From: Balanoglossus misakiensis
Lineage: Eukaryota; Animalia; Hemichordata
Direction: 5' to 3'
Assembly (NCBI GenBank): GCA_040954595.2
Contig: CM082589.2
Coordinates: 710,988-774,987, forward strand
DNA: 64,000 nucleotides
Shown: positions 1 to 12,171 of the stretch, piece after piece
Layout: the number at the start of each line of letters is the position of its first letter
Numbering within the stretch: position 1 is the stretch's first letter
Translations under genes and position numbers: made by a program
Notes under the pieces: model-generated
Database searches by the model: none
What the model saw: only the letters and a program-made list of their open reading frames with translations
Told to the model about the DNA's origin: nothing

Positions 1-2593
1 CCATCAAGTTTTGATCTACACTGCAATGTTGTCAGTCTATTAAAATGCCCACCCACAAATACCACAGTAACCAAGGCATTCCTTGAAGAGATAGACGCGC
101 TTAATAATGCAACGGATGTTCAAACAGCGATAACCAATGCTGGCCTACGTTCGATCCACTCATGTCTAATGCATGTCATGTCAGAGAAGGGTTTTAATAT
201 ACTCCTCTGACTTATTTAGGTTGCTACGTCATTTTATTTGTATTCAAGTAGCTGGCAATCAAAGACTGCAGGGTCAAGCCTTGTATATCAGCTCGATTCA
301 AGCAACATAAATTAGTCGGCGTGGCCTTTGGGACTAAAGATCGACAATTGCGGTCAAAATAATCATTTATCACAAAAGGTATACTGAGTCGGTTGTTGTA
401 TACGCACCTGTTGTGTGCTTTGTTTGATCCTACGTTTCAAGAAATACACCAACAATCATTCTAATTCGATTTGTGTCTCGTTAAGTTTCCCTCCGAGAAA
501 AATGTGAAAACTCTGCATCAAAGAAATATGATATATTTGAACGATACTCGACCTCCTAAAGAGTTGAATAGTGCAATGAAAATATTTTTCATCAATATTA
601 GTTGGATCAGTTTGCAAGTGAAAGTTGAGGCTCTTTCACACAGACAGTGGACTGACTGATTGCGATATCTACTTACAAGTTTTCGCATCAACTTTATCTT
701 GGGTCCGTTTTAGCCAGTAGACTTAGTATGCACTGCAGGTAACTTCCGAGTCCTTCACTTGAAATTTGCAATAATAATCCAGCACTTACGAACTGTCCTC
801 GTTGCCCTTGGAAGAATATTGTCAAATTAAATTTATGGAATACAAATTTTCCAGTAGTGTTTCTGCTCCAAGGTGTATGAACTTATTGTCTAATAGTTTC
901 ATCAGTTTTGCAGTTGAGCAAATAGCCAATTAACGAACCATCGGTATTCCCGACGCCTAGTTTAATGACTTCATTATGGTGTAAAGATCCTGATCATTCT
1001 ATTGAGATGCAGATTATCTATTACAAGTTCGGTGATGCGTCCCTCCAGGCCTTGTACATGACAAAAGGATCTTGTGTTCTTATTCTGTCAGCTCTGTTCA
1101 AGCGTAAGGGCTCCTTAGCAACCATTGTCATGAGATGAATTTAGTGCCACGTGAACATTAACCCCATCCAATCATATCCTCTGGCCCAACAACATTACTT
1201 TTTATGTTACAAGGCCCTTATTATCTTGTATGTTTATCACCATATAATACAAGTAGACGGCGTACTTTTTCATATACGCTCAATGCACTAGGGGCTGCTC
1301 TCCCCGCCCAGTCACCATGCGCCAGGCGCCAGGGAACTATTTACAGAAAGCGGGCTTGTCAAAGTGTTTGTAACAAACTAATTTGATAAATCAGTAAACA
1401 GAGGCATTGTAATAGCATATAACACAAGCATGCATCGATCGTCACACTTTCTGTCAATTTGTAAATTGTTCGCAAACGATGATTGCTTACCCGTACTCAG
1501 AGAGTCGAGGGATCTATTCTTTCAGTCGTATAGACGCTGGAACGAGTGAAAACGCACGTACAGAGAGACTGCTGTACGATTCATGAAGACAGTGTGTTGA
1601 CGTTTATGGGTGCAAAGTTGAATTTCATGAGAGATTCATTGCCCTACATTGCACTATTTTAAAGGTCATACTAAACAGGGCATTATCAAACCACGTGGGA
1701 TCCTTCGTATTATGCATGTCTTCGAAGAAAATGACCAATATCAGTCTATCAAACGGGCCGAAAACCAATTCAATGCATTCAGTGGAAAGTAATTAAGTTT
1801 TGCCAACGTGTCTTCTTCGTTGGCGACGTTCGTGTTAGTTTCAAAAGTAAACTGAGAGGGCGCTGGCACAGGGAACTTAGGCTTACGTTGTAACCGAGTT
1901 CATGCGCAATCTCCGTCAGCGGAAGCAGCATTTTTGGTATCCTGTTTAGAACAACATTTGTTTTAAGACGGGATTTAGGAAAACAAAGTTACCCAAGAAG
2001 CTTGGAATATGCAGCTAGGATCATCTTCATTTTCCATAGGCAGAGAACACTAAAAATAATTGATGTGCAGTCACAAAATTCAGAATCATATTTAATTTTG
2101 ATTCAGAGCTTGTCATGATACTAATATTAAAATATGAACACTTTCCAACAACAAATGGAAAAAAGGACTTAACCAAAATATTACCACCATATTTGCCAAT
2201 ATTTACCAATATTTGCGCAATCACCAAAAACTAAATTTTACACCTGTTTATACATACAGACAGCCTGGGTGGTTAAATATTGTCTGTCGCTGTGTATTTA
2301 CATGGAAACGGTAATTTGACTGAATTATTGATAAACATCGCATTGCACTCTTTGCGTCTTACCGGCAATGGATTTCAATAGATGGGAAAGGCAGGGCAGG
2401 CCGCTGCCAGGCCGACACTTCCTATTTATTTGACAAACACAGTCACGCTGTTCAATATGCATGATTTCTAGAACAGATCCTGCTTTTTCCGCCCAAAAAC
2501 CCACACGGATTTTGACTTCAAGAGGAGGTTTGTCATTTGTCATTTACCCTGTGTGCATGCGATGTGATTCTTTGTCGTCCGTTGAAAAGCAAG

Positions 2594-3466
2594 ATGATGG
2601 CTAATTTGCTGCGAACACGGGACGACGGGAAGAATAACCCCCAACGAGAACGGACAGCAGACAACGATATTCTGCTGACCAGGGATTTGTTGTCCGACCT
2701 GATCATAGCGCCGGAGCCACCAGAGATAGCCGAGGGGGAATTCACTGCCGGACGAACGCATTTAACTCGCGAGACGCACAGAGCACCGTCAAGCATCAAC
2801 GTTTCTGTCAACCCCTCTCCTGTGCCTGGATACTGGCCAATCTACAAAGAGAAAAAGAAAAAGAAACCATCCATGTTGCCAAGATTAAGGGCAAGCCAAT
2901 GTGATCTTTACCCACGGACTAAATCCAATCGCACCAGACTTGCCATGATGATGATGACCTTACAAAGACCCACAACAGTACCGACGGGAGCACACGCGCA
3001 CGCTCAGAAAATGAAAGACGCCACGAAGATTCCAAAAAGTGAAAAGAAGAAAAAGACGAAGAGGCAAGCGATCGATGGAGACAAAATGACAGCAGCTGAG
3101 AACAAGAAAGGGAAACAAAAAGTCAAGAGATCAAAAGGAGGGGATAAGTCGCGAGAAGTTCCTCTGAAGAACGTGCCCTTGGTTGCCAAGTTACCAGTTG
3201 CCGAGGGGCCAAGTCAGGAAGATAAAGACGCTTTCGTTGCTAAGTGGCTGGAATCAAGTTTTCCTGTCTCTGAGGTTTTCCAGTATAAGAGCAGAGAAGA
3301 TTCAATCCACAGAGAATCCCTGACGTCATCACTATCATCGACATCACGTGTTAACCATTATGCTAATGATGTGATGATTACGAAGAGAACACCTTCAGCC
3401 AATCATAATGAACTACCTAAAACACCACATATATGGCAAAGGCGTTTGACTAAATATGTTCTTTAA
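2594..3466 (+). CDS. Intronless Lys-rich, probably disordered protein of unknown function (~290 aa from ATG 2594)
   Basis: 873-bp open frame in AT-rich DNA, far longer than the surrounding random ORFs. It has basic clusters (KEKKKKKP, EKKKKTKR). No family recognised. Confidence 0.5.
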   Translation: MMANLLRTRDDGKNNPQRERTADNDILLTRDLLSDLIIAPEPPEIAEGEFTAGRTHLTRETHRAPSSINVSVNPSPVPGYWPIYKEKKKKKPSMLPRLRASQCDLYPRTKSNRTRLAMMMMTLQRPTTVPTGAHAHAQKMKDATKIPKSEKKKKTKRQAIDGDKMTAAENKKGKQKVKRSKGGDKSREVPLKNVPLVAKLPVAEGPSQEDKDAFVAKWLESSFPVSEVFQYKSREDSIHRESLTSSLSSTSRVNHYANDVMITKRTPSANHNELPKTPHIWQRRLTKYVL

Positions 3467-4200
3467 AATCATAAAATGCGCATTTGTTCTATCAGCCACA
3501 TGCTCTTGAATGTGTGAGAAAGTACGATTTCCATTATTGTTTTTTTGAAAAGTGAACCAGGCAGACATATATCCCTTTCTACTTTTCTCCTGTCTATCAT
3601 ATAAAATTTTTGTAAACGCGGAAATATTGAAATTATATGAAATTGGCAGCATACTCAACAACAATGAAATCATCTGAAGAAGTTGCCAGCATGTCAACTG
3701 CAGTTGAAGTTGCTGGGGATCATCCGATTCAAAATCGATTATTGCTACAGGAAGTCAAATTCTCGGAACCTATTCACTCCTTCCTGCTGAAATGGTATAA
3801 CATCCTTATTATCTTGAGTCCAGCCTTGACACAAGTTTGACCACGCTAACAACCGTCGAAAACAGTCTTATACAGATGGACCCTGGACTGGAAGGTCGTC
3901 GACCGTTGCAAAAAAATCTTGAATGTTCCAGCAAATCCAAGCGATGTTTAAAGTCGGTCGACGCATTGATAAAACTGTCATCAGGGTAATCATTAAGTAT
4001 GAATTATGAAAAATATATCATTCAAAACTAGGAAAGCACGTATCACCGCTGATGAAACTCCAACCAATTGGCTTTTATTGTGATGACCAGGCGTCAATGA
4101 ACTCAATGGCATTGTATGTAAATTGTTCTCTGTAAACATGTTTGTTGATGTTTATCAAAAACTAAACGTGTCACGTGGTCAAAATGTTTGTATGACTGTG

Positions 4201-4247
4201 ATTGGTGAACCTTTAAAAGGCATCGCGCGATCATCGTTGTCTCAGTT
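4201..4247 (+). promoter_or_regulatory. Core promoter of the secreted Cys-rich gene (inverted CCAAT, TATA-like, Inr)
   Basis: ATTGG at 4201, TTTAAAA at 4212-4218 and TCAGTT initiator at 4242-4247 (30 bp after the TATA-like box), ~85 bp upstream of ATG 4330. Confidence 0.5.
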
Positions 4248-4329
4248 CCGTCGAGTCGTGCTGTAGACAGAAGACACACAAGGTGACTGTTCAGACGATT
4301 GAAGCAGAATTACAAACTACCTGTACATC

Positions 4330-7187
4330 ATGAAGCTCATCACAGCTTTTGTCTTCTTAGTAACCGTGTACGGATCGGCAACAATACATGGACAGACTCA
4401 GGTAAGGGATGAGTTTAATAAAAGGCTTTTAAGTTTTTTGTCTTGTGTAGAGAATGCAATATCTTGTTCTACTTCGACATAAATGTTTAAACGCCAGGCA
4501 AAATATATTCGCTTTTACACATCCTGAATATTTCAGGCATACGTCTGCATGATGAGGAACCGTGGTTGATAAAACCACATTGTAAACATACTAAGTAGTT
4601 ATAATATTATAACATATAGTCTTGTCATATGTTTCGCCAGATCACCAATGGTTACGCCTTCTGATCCAGAAACCTAATTATCTACTTTTGACGGACAGTG
4701 AATGTATATTATTGGGGCATTGTAATCAACGAATACATCCTGTGTTTTGTTAGATTAGCTGAATGATTATAGTCAGTACAATGTATTATATAGTTAATCT
4801 TTGATCTTCAGACATCTACGCAGGGCGCGATGTTCTATAAAGATAAACTTCGAGGGGTTCAATCTCGGGTCTAGCGTCCAAAGCCCGTCTGATATGGCAA
4901 ATTATATTGCCTGCGTTTTGAGTCTAGACCACTTTTTCTTCATAACAGGATGTGTGCTTGAACTTTCTTGGAAATCACGTGGAGTAATCTTTAAAGTTGT
5001 CGCTAAGATGTTGTGGCACCCAATCAGTGTATAATGACCGGTCACCCCACAGTGACCTTGTTTGGGTCATTTTATTACACATGATTGGTAGGCTATTCTC
5101 TAAAGAGACATGTGGCAGTAATTACTCTCTTTGATTTACAGGACACCCAGGCCAATGTGTACGAGGCCTTGTTGGCTCTATCAGACAGTGTTGATGGAAT
5201 ACGAGAAGACGTTTACAATTACAAGAAAGGTTGGTCCAAATTTCAGTTGTTTAACATATTCCAGACTGATCCAAGGTCCGTGAATAGAGTTCCCTATATC
5301 GGTGACATATGAATGGTGACCATATGATTCGAAAATATAGGTGTACAGTCAGATTTGCTCACAGTTTTCTCAAATGACTTGAATGTTTATATTTCTAATA
5401 TTCTCTAGAAATACTTTATCAGCTGACCAGTGAATGCGAAGAACAGATTTCACCGAGTGCACCTGGACCTGTTTGCACCACTCGTATTGGCCCTCTCTCC
5501 GGCACCAACGACGATGATTCGTCGGAGGTCACATGCTCAACTGATGAAGTCATGACCGGCTGCAGTTCGCATCTGCCGGGGACTGCGCATGGTTCGAGGG
5601 ATGGTGAAATCATACGCTTCTCTGATGATGGCCGTCCGACATGCGTTGCTTTCAATGGTAATACAGGAACAGGTGTGTATGTCTTTATTTGTCTATAATG
5701 CGTCATAGATTTGTTTGATCATGTATGCAATCAAATCACTGAGGAAAAAAGAATATTTGTGATGTATTTGTATTTTAAATTCATAATTTGGTTTTATACG
5801 ATTTCTGTAATTATTTGCTACTTTTTTAAATACACAGTTCCATTATGCATTCTATTGCAAACACTGGTTTCCATTTTAGTGCCAGGAGGCGACTTTTCTT
5901 TAAGAATATATTTTTATATACGAACATGAATTGACAATGTGACTTTGTTCGTTCTTCTAGGAGTAAGACCATACGCTCGTTGTTGCAAGTGGTCTGATAT
6001 GATTTGCTATTATCCAAACGGTCAAATATCTTCCTCTGCTGATGATGCGGTCTCAACGACTGTTTGTGACCAGTGGTTCAATGGGAACCCTGCTCTTCCA
6101 ACAGGTGAGTTTCTGACAGTGGTTTATGACCTGGGCGGATTCTAAGTCCACTTGTGGTAGGCTATATATAGTTATAGTAGATGGCGAAACTTGTAAAGGG
6201 GTCAGAAGTTGGTAAAATCAATGTGTATCTCTGAATAAGATACGCAATAAACTTTTGCTCCCAATTTATTGGTGCTGTCAAAATTAATGTATGATATTTG
6301 TTCATGACAATATCGTTTGCTTTTATTAATAGGATGTTTGGTGTACACACCGTGGCAATGTCTTGATGGAGCTCGTCCATCCTCTGACTTTATGATAGAT
6401 ATTACATCAGAACAACGTCCTTTTACCGAAAGAGCTTGTCTGGGTCAAAATGGAGGGGGCTGTGGAGGTAGGTACAGAAACAGGCACGTGTAGGTCAGAA
6501 TGGAGTGACTTGTTTAATAAGAGAGGGTGTGTGTTGACTATAGCTGTATGTCTGATGGGTGGAGGGAGACAGGGTGCAAGTATCGACTTGCAATCGTTTT
6601 GCAAAAGAATCATTTAGAACTAAAAATATTTTCTGAAATGACATAGGCCAATAGACCAATTTCTAAACTCCTTGAGACTCTGTAAGATGTGGGACACAGG
6701 ACACCACATGACCCATCAAACGCCCACCACATGACAGTTCAATCACTTAAATCAGTAAGTTTTAAAAAATACAAATGCTTTTTTCTCTCGCTTTGTGTCT
6801 CCTACCAGGAGTGACATCGTATGCTGCCTGCTGCAGCGCCCCCAACCTACAGTGTCAGGTGAAATATTCACAGGCGAGTGGAGTAGAAGCTAATGATGAA
6901 GCAACAGTGGCTTGTGATAGTGGATGGACTCTGACAGGTTGTAACGTGTTTACATATTGGAGTAATACTGATGGCGCTTATATTGAAGGTAACGGTTGAA
7001 GCTCCATTAGCTGTAAATATTTGCTGTTATCAGTATTTTAGTTTCATGTATCTTAACTGCAGTTGATATTACTAATACATGAATGAAATCTTCTCTTTTG
7101 AATTTTTTAGATGATGTCTGCCATGCTGTTACTGGTGGAGATGGTGTCTACGTCTGGGCTGTCGCAACATGTTGCATTACAGAATAA
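4330..7187 (+). CDS. Secreted Cys-rich protein with three PCSK9 C-terminal (CHRD)/resistin-like modules, 319 aa, 7 exons
   Basis: Exons 4330-4401, 5142-5229, 5409-5672, 5961-6104, 6333-6467, 6809-6988, 7111-7187. All are GT-AG with compatible phases and total 960 nt. Signal peptide MKLITAFVFLVTVYGSATIHG. Three modules of C...C...TGC...C...CC. Module 3 (CCSAPNLQCQVK...ATVACDSGWTLTGC...GAYIEDDVC...AVATCC) closely resembles PCSK9 M3 (CCHAPGLECKVK...VTVACEEGWTLTGC...GAYAVDNTC...AVAICC). AATAAA at 7213. Confidence 0.88.
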
Positions 7188-7548
7188 ACTGAAACTTGTG
7201 ATATTGAAGCAAAATAAATTTCCTGCTCATTTTAGTCTTTTTTTCGCTGTGTTTTCTATAAGTATAACAAGCAATTTTATCACAAACCAAGTTGATATCT
7301 AACAGCTTCTTCAGAGATTATATTACAAAAATACAGTATATTTTGTTTAAAAAGAATTTTATTACTTCATAAATGGAGACAGACTTTGAATGATACACAC
7401 AATATGAAAAAAAACGAAAAAACATTTCAACAGTTCAAGTGATAACATGTTGGAAATAAACTATGAATATCATATCACTAGACAACAGTACATTACAGAT
7501 CCCTCTAGCTATGAAGTAAGGTCTAAGGTCACACACACCCATGATTGG

Positions 7549-10500
7549 CTAAATTGATGAGGCCTGTACTATAGTGATGGGGTAAGTTTTGTCAACGAGT
7601 TTCTGTGGGGGATATTTGAGTTTTGTTACGATGAAAAACTGGAATCTTTCAACTCTGGATTGGATGAATCCATCCTTGCTGTATTCTGGTCCATCACTGT
7701 CCCTGAGTAGAACTAAGTATCTGTGTGAGAGAGAGAGAGAGAAAATGATAATAATCTAGTCAGAATGGAGTAACGGGAATACAGAGCTGATCCAAAGAGT
7801 GTGTGCAGTAGTCTGAAGTTGTTCTTTCATAGTCATTAAAAATTCCAGGCTTTTCCAGGAATTTTTGGATTTTTAAAAGCATCTCAAATAAATGTCATGT
7901 GTATAAATTGTACTGACAACTTACTTTTCATTCTTCATAATGTCTTTATTCATTATCAAGTCCATCAACCCTTTATGAATGTCATCCATTCTCATAGCTA
8001 CTGTGTCAAACATATCTACCTGCATCATGTCTAGCACCAGAGGTTTTCCATATCTAGTGAATGAGAAAGAAATTGAAGCAGATCAGAGTCTGATGATGAC
8101 TTGATGGCTGCTTTCCATATCTACTTACTGGAGAGGAAAGTCTGTCAAATTCTCCGGTAGATTACTGCGCCCTTTGTTGCACATGTTCCATAGCTGTGTC
8201 TATACCAGTTTGATTCTCTCTGTTCTGTCTGTCTGTCTATCTGACTGACTGACTGACTGTCTGTCTGTCTGTCTGTCTGCCATGCCTGTCAATTTCCTTC
8301 ACATTCAAGTAATTCAATTGTTCTTACCTAAGAGCACCAAGAATTGATTTCCTCATAACTTCCACCTCGACTTGTTTAACATTCAATGCATTTATGTAGT
8401 TGGTATCTCTGTATTGTAAGAATGTTGCTACGCGCCCTGATGGGTCGATGAGCAGAGGCCATCTGTAGGTGAGAAAATAAAAATTTAGTAAACCACCAAG
8501 ATCACGCAAGCTTAAATACATTAAGCATCTTAAAGGGTGGGTGTCGTCCGATATGTGGCTATCGGTATAGGTCCCATACTGCACAGTTGCTAGAAAGTTT
8601 TTAAAAAAGAATGAGTCAATATCCTACCTTCCATCAGCAGCTATTTTGTCACCAACATCTCTCATCAAAACTTCATCTAGTTCCTTGATGTTACATTTAA
8701 CACCAATGACATCGGGACTGCTTTCTATATAAGAGAAATTAATGCCTTGAAATTAGAGATAGTAACTGTAGCCAACACCAAATGCTTGGTACAAGGTACA
8801 TGTGCATGTCCTGTTATAGATGTTCTTTTAACATGTGGTTCTATGTGGAAGGGACTGGTAAAGGTGTTTAGTATAGATATGTTTCTAGATTAGAGAGGGT
8901 TCAGTTTAGGTCTAGACAGGTTTTAATGTAGTGTAGATGGACTGAAAGTCTCCAACCTCCTTCATGTTCTTGTTCACGCATCTGTACTCTGATTTGTTCC
9001 AGTTTCTGTTGGGCTTCCTCTGCATAGAGTTTTGCGATCTCCAGATCTTTCTCTGCATCATGAACCACCTGCAAAGATAGAGGATTTTATGGAAGAGAGA
9101 GAAATGGAAGCATAAATCAGTCCGGAATCTAGCTCATCATGAAGAGAGATTTCAGACTCTGTTGAAACCGAAATAGCAAATTAATATCAAAACTTGTCCT
9201 GCCACGACTACTTCTTAAGACAACAACAGAGTGTAATACCTGTAGAGTAATTTCAGCTTTAAAATTGCCACCTGCAACCACCTGGTCATGTTCTGTAATT
9301 CTTTTCTCCAATTCGTGATAAGCTTTTCTTAGTTCTTTTTGTCGAATCTCATGCTCTCTTACAGCTTCCTTTAGTTTATTTTCAAGTCTGTGGAGATTTA
9401 AAAATAGAGTGATTTGTTAAAAGCTGTCTGTACCTATCTGTAAATATGATGTGTTTACGCACAGAAACATGTGCAGTTCAGATGAATGCTTCCCTTTCAT
9501 GTCTACTACACCACAAGATAGTTTTGCCAAAATATGGAAGAGTTTTCCATTCAAATGACTAACTTCTCCATTTCCTCCTCTCTCCTCTTCCTTTCATCTT
9601 CTTTCCGCTTTTCTTTGACTTTCTCAATCTTTTCCAGAAGTGCATCTGTATTTTCAATATTCCACTCAGCAAGCACAGATATCACAGCATCTATAGTTGC
9701 AATCTAAGACGCAAAAACACATTGATAACAATTATTTCCAATACAGATAAATCATCATGTAAATGTATGTACTTGAGTTTCAAAAGCTCACATTACAGCC
9801 AGAAAGAAAGAACAGTGTTCAGCCTGTTCGCAGTCTTTTCATGGTTTAGTTTCAATTTAAAATTTACAAAGGCAAAGTCACCTACTTTGGGCAATTAACA
9901 TTTGAAACGGGCCATACATGACCAAGATTTTAATAACTTGTATGCATTATGTACTGTGTGAAATAGGGTCACCTTTACTGCAGATTTCATATAATCCATC
10001 AAACTTCGAATTCACAAAGTGTTTATACCAGACAAGGTGTTGTTTTAAATACCCGTTGATTGATGGCATATGATCCCACATACACTGTGTGTAAAGAACA
10101 TGTATTGTGGCAACTTGGCAACAACTGTTGCGATTGATGTCTTTAATCTTACTAAACAAAGGCTGGTGAAATGGATAGCGATATAATATTTGTACAAATG
10201 CATTTTGTTCTATCTGTTTCACCCGTAGTTCCCTGTTTTATTCGCAATCCTTTCACAGTGTTGTTACTTTTATCACCTCCCACTTTTCTTGAATAGTGGA
10301 GCAAAAAAGCCATTACAGGTTCTTGAGAAGTGCTAAATGTTTCCAAAAAGTGACAAAAGGTGGAGAAAATGAGCAGATGTTTTTAGCAGCCATGCTACAA
10401 GAGCCTCATCACGGCTAGCTAATGGGTCAAATAGTTAGTCATTATGATCACAGATTACTGGTGCTATATTGTTGTAATGCAACAGCGTGTGACAAAAAAT

Positions 10501-12026
10501 CCCCATACACTCAACAAGAAATGTGCTTCATAAATAACAGGGCAATTCAGTCTTTTGGATTTGTAAATATATGATTTTTATACTTTAGTGGACACTGACC
10601 GAGATTATGTATGGCAGGTGTATTGGCCAGGTAATGTCGTTTATTTCTTTACCTGTTCTGGATTTTGACCGTCATTTGCATAAAGTCTTGGATCAGCACC
10701 GTGCTGTAACAATGTCTCCACTGCCTCTAAGTGGCCACTGAACGCAGCTCTGTACAACGGTGTTCTTTCAAACTGTCCACGACTGTTTGGATCAGCTCCT
10801 TTCTCCAAGAGCATCTTGATGGTATCTGCATGTCCTCCACTGGATGCTTCTGAGAGCGGTGTGTTGTTATTAGCATCTGCACAGTCCACCATCTCAAGTT
10901 GGTGTCTGGCTCGGATTGTTCTACCCACTGAATCATTTGCTATGCCCATTTTCGTGTCCTGTTGATCAACCTAATAATATTAAAAATCATTAATGCTATT
11001 ACTTTTAGTTACAATATGTACTGCCCCAGAACCATCACCTAAGTTTATAGTAGGCATGAAGATTAACCTATGGAACGTTTACTGTTCAACTGTTTGAAGT
11101 GAAAAGTGTACAAGCACACCTCTTTCAACACCTGAGTGATTTCATCATTGTCTCCATCAAATGCTGCTTCTAACATTCTCTTTCTTCTTTTGATAGCTTC
11201 TTTCTTTCTCCTTCTTTCTTCTTCTTCCTTCTCTCGTTCTCTGGCTGCTTGTTCTTGTTCTCGCTTGACCATTGCCAGAAATGCCTTGTCAAAAAAAAAC
11301 TCCCTTGTAATATTGATTTCTTATGATCCATGCATCATTTATGTAATTGAAATGAACTAATTGTAACATACAATGCATAAATCATAACTGTTATGCAATA
11401 ATGATATTTCAAGCAGAGCTGCAACTTTTCCATTCATTCCATACCTCTTTTTCCAGTCTTTCCATTTCTTCCTCATAGTTTTCCTTCTGCTTTTTCATCT
11501 TCCTCAGCTGAGCCTTTGCCAATAATCTGCGAATCCATTTCTGGATGACTACTGCAGCTAAATCTTGTTTGGTTGGTTCTTTTTTCACTGATTTGGCTGG
11601 TTGATTTGTCTTGCCTTTAGCAGGAGCTGCTTTGCCTTTTGATGGAGTTACGCCAGGTTTTTTCGCTGCACCTATAAAATATTTCCACTTCATGTATTCG
11701 TTTTGAAATGATGATGTGGGGCTATGGTAGGGGGCGTGGTGGGCACACACTCATTGACAACATGACGATCGTAAGTTTCTCTCCTTTTTATTTAAATAGT
11801 TGATCGTCTCGTGGATACCCAAATACCCCCGTAGTGCTGCAGCAGTTAAATCTACCTTGTAGATCAGCGTTGATTAAACGAACGGGAAAGTTAAAGCTTG
11901 TTGCTATCCAGGGTGCTGCTAGGGACGCTTACCTTTCACAGCTGCAGCGGGGGTTTTCTTTGCTGGCGCGGTTTTCGCCGCAGGTTTAGCCGCCGTCTTG
12001 GCAGCAACTGGTCTTTTCGGGGGCAT
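7549..12026 (-). CDS. IQANK1: IQ motif and ankyrin repeat domain-containing protein (IQANK1-like), 578 aa, 11 exons
   Basis: Exons 12026-11933, 11671-11445, 11284-11120, 10970-10653, 9703-9564, 9387-9240, 9068-8957, 8724-8628, 8462-8328, 8053-7925, 7720-7549 (1737 nt, in frame). MPPK-type K/A/P-rich N-tail, IQ motif AAVVIQKWIRRLLAK, ankyrin repeats (NNTPLSEASSGGHADTIKMLLEKGADPN; RTPLYRAAFSGHLEAVETLLQHGADP), coiled coil, and C-terminal RWPLLIDPSG...GALRYGKPLVLDM domain. Confidence 0.9.
8224..8279. repeat. Compound (TCTG)n/(ACTG)n microsatellite in IQANK1 intron
   Basis: Directly visible tetranucleotide runs. Confidence 0.85.
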
Positions 12027-12117
12027 CTTGATCTCCTGTCAACCCAGATTAACAGTGTCACTGTCGGTTTTGCTCGAAATCGACAGAACATGAAATTGGA
12101 CAGTGGAGCAATGTTGT

Positions 12118-12171
12118 TGTTGTCATGTCACTGAGCGGCCATTTTGACGCTAACATTGCATTATGGGTAGT
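12118..12171 (-). promoter_or_regulatory. IQANK1 proximal promoter: ZNF143/Staf-type site, YY1-type site, degenerate X-box
   Basis: Minus strand ACTACCCATAATGCA (12157-12171), CAAAATGGCCGC (12135-12146) and GTTGTCATG half X-box at about 12119, all 90-145 bp upstream of the ATG. Confidence 0.5.

Noticed and set aside
660-800. Minus-strand GTAAGT donors suggesting exons
   Set aside because: The candidate 56-nt exon has stops in all three frames; no supportable gene model.
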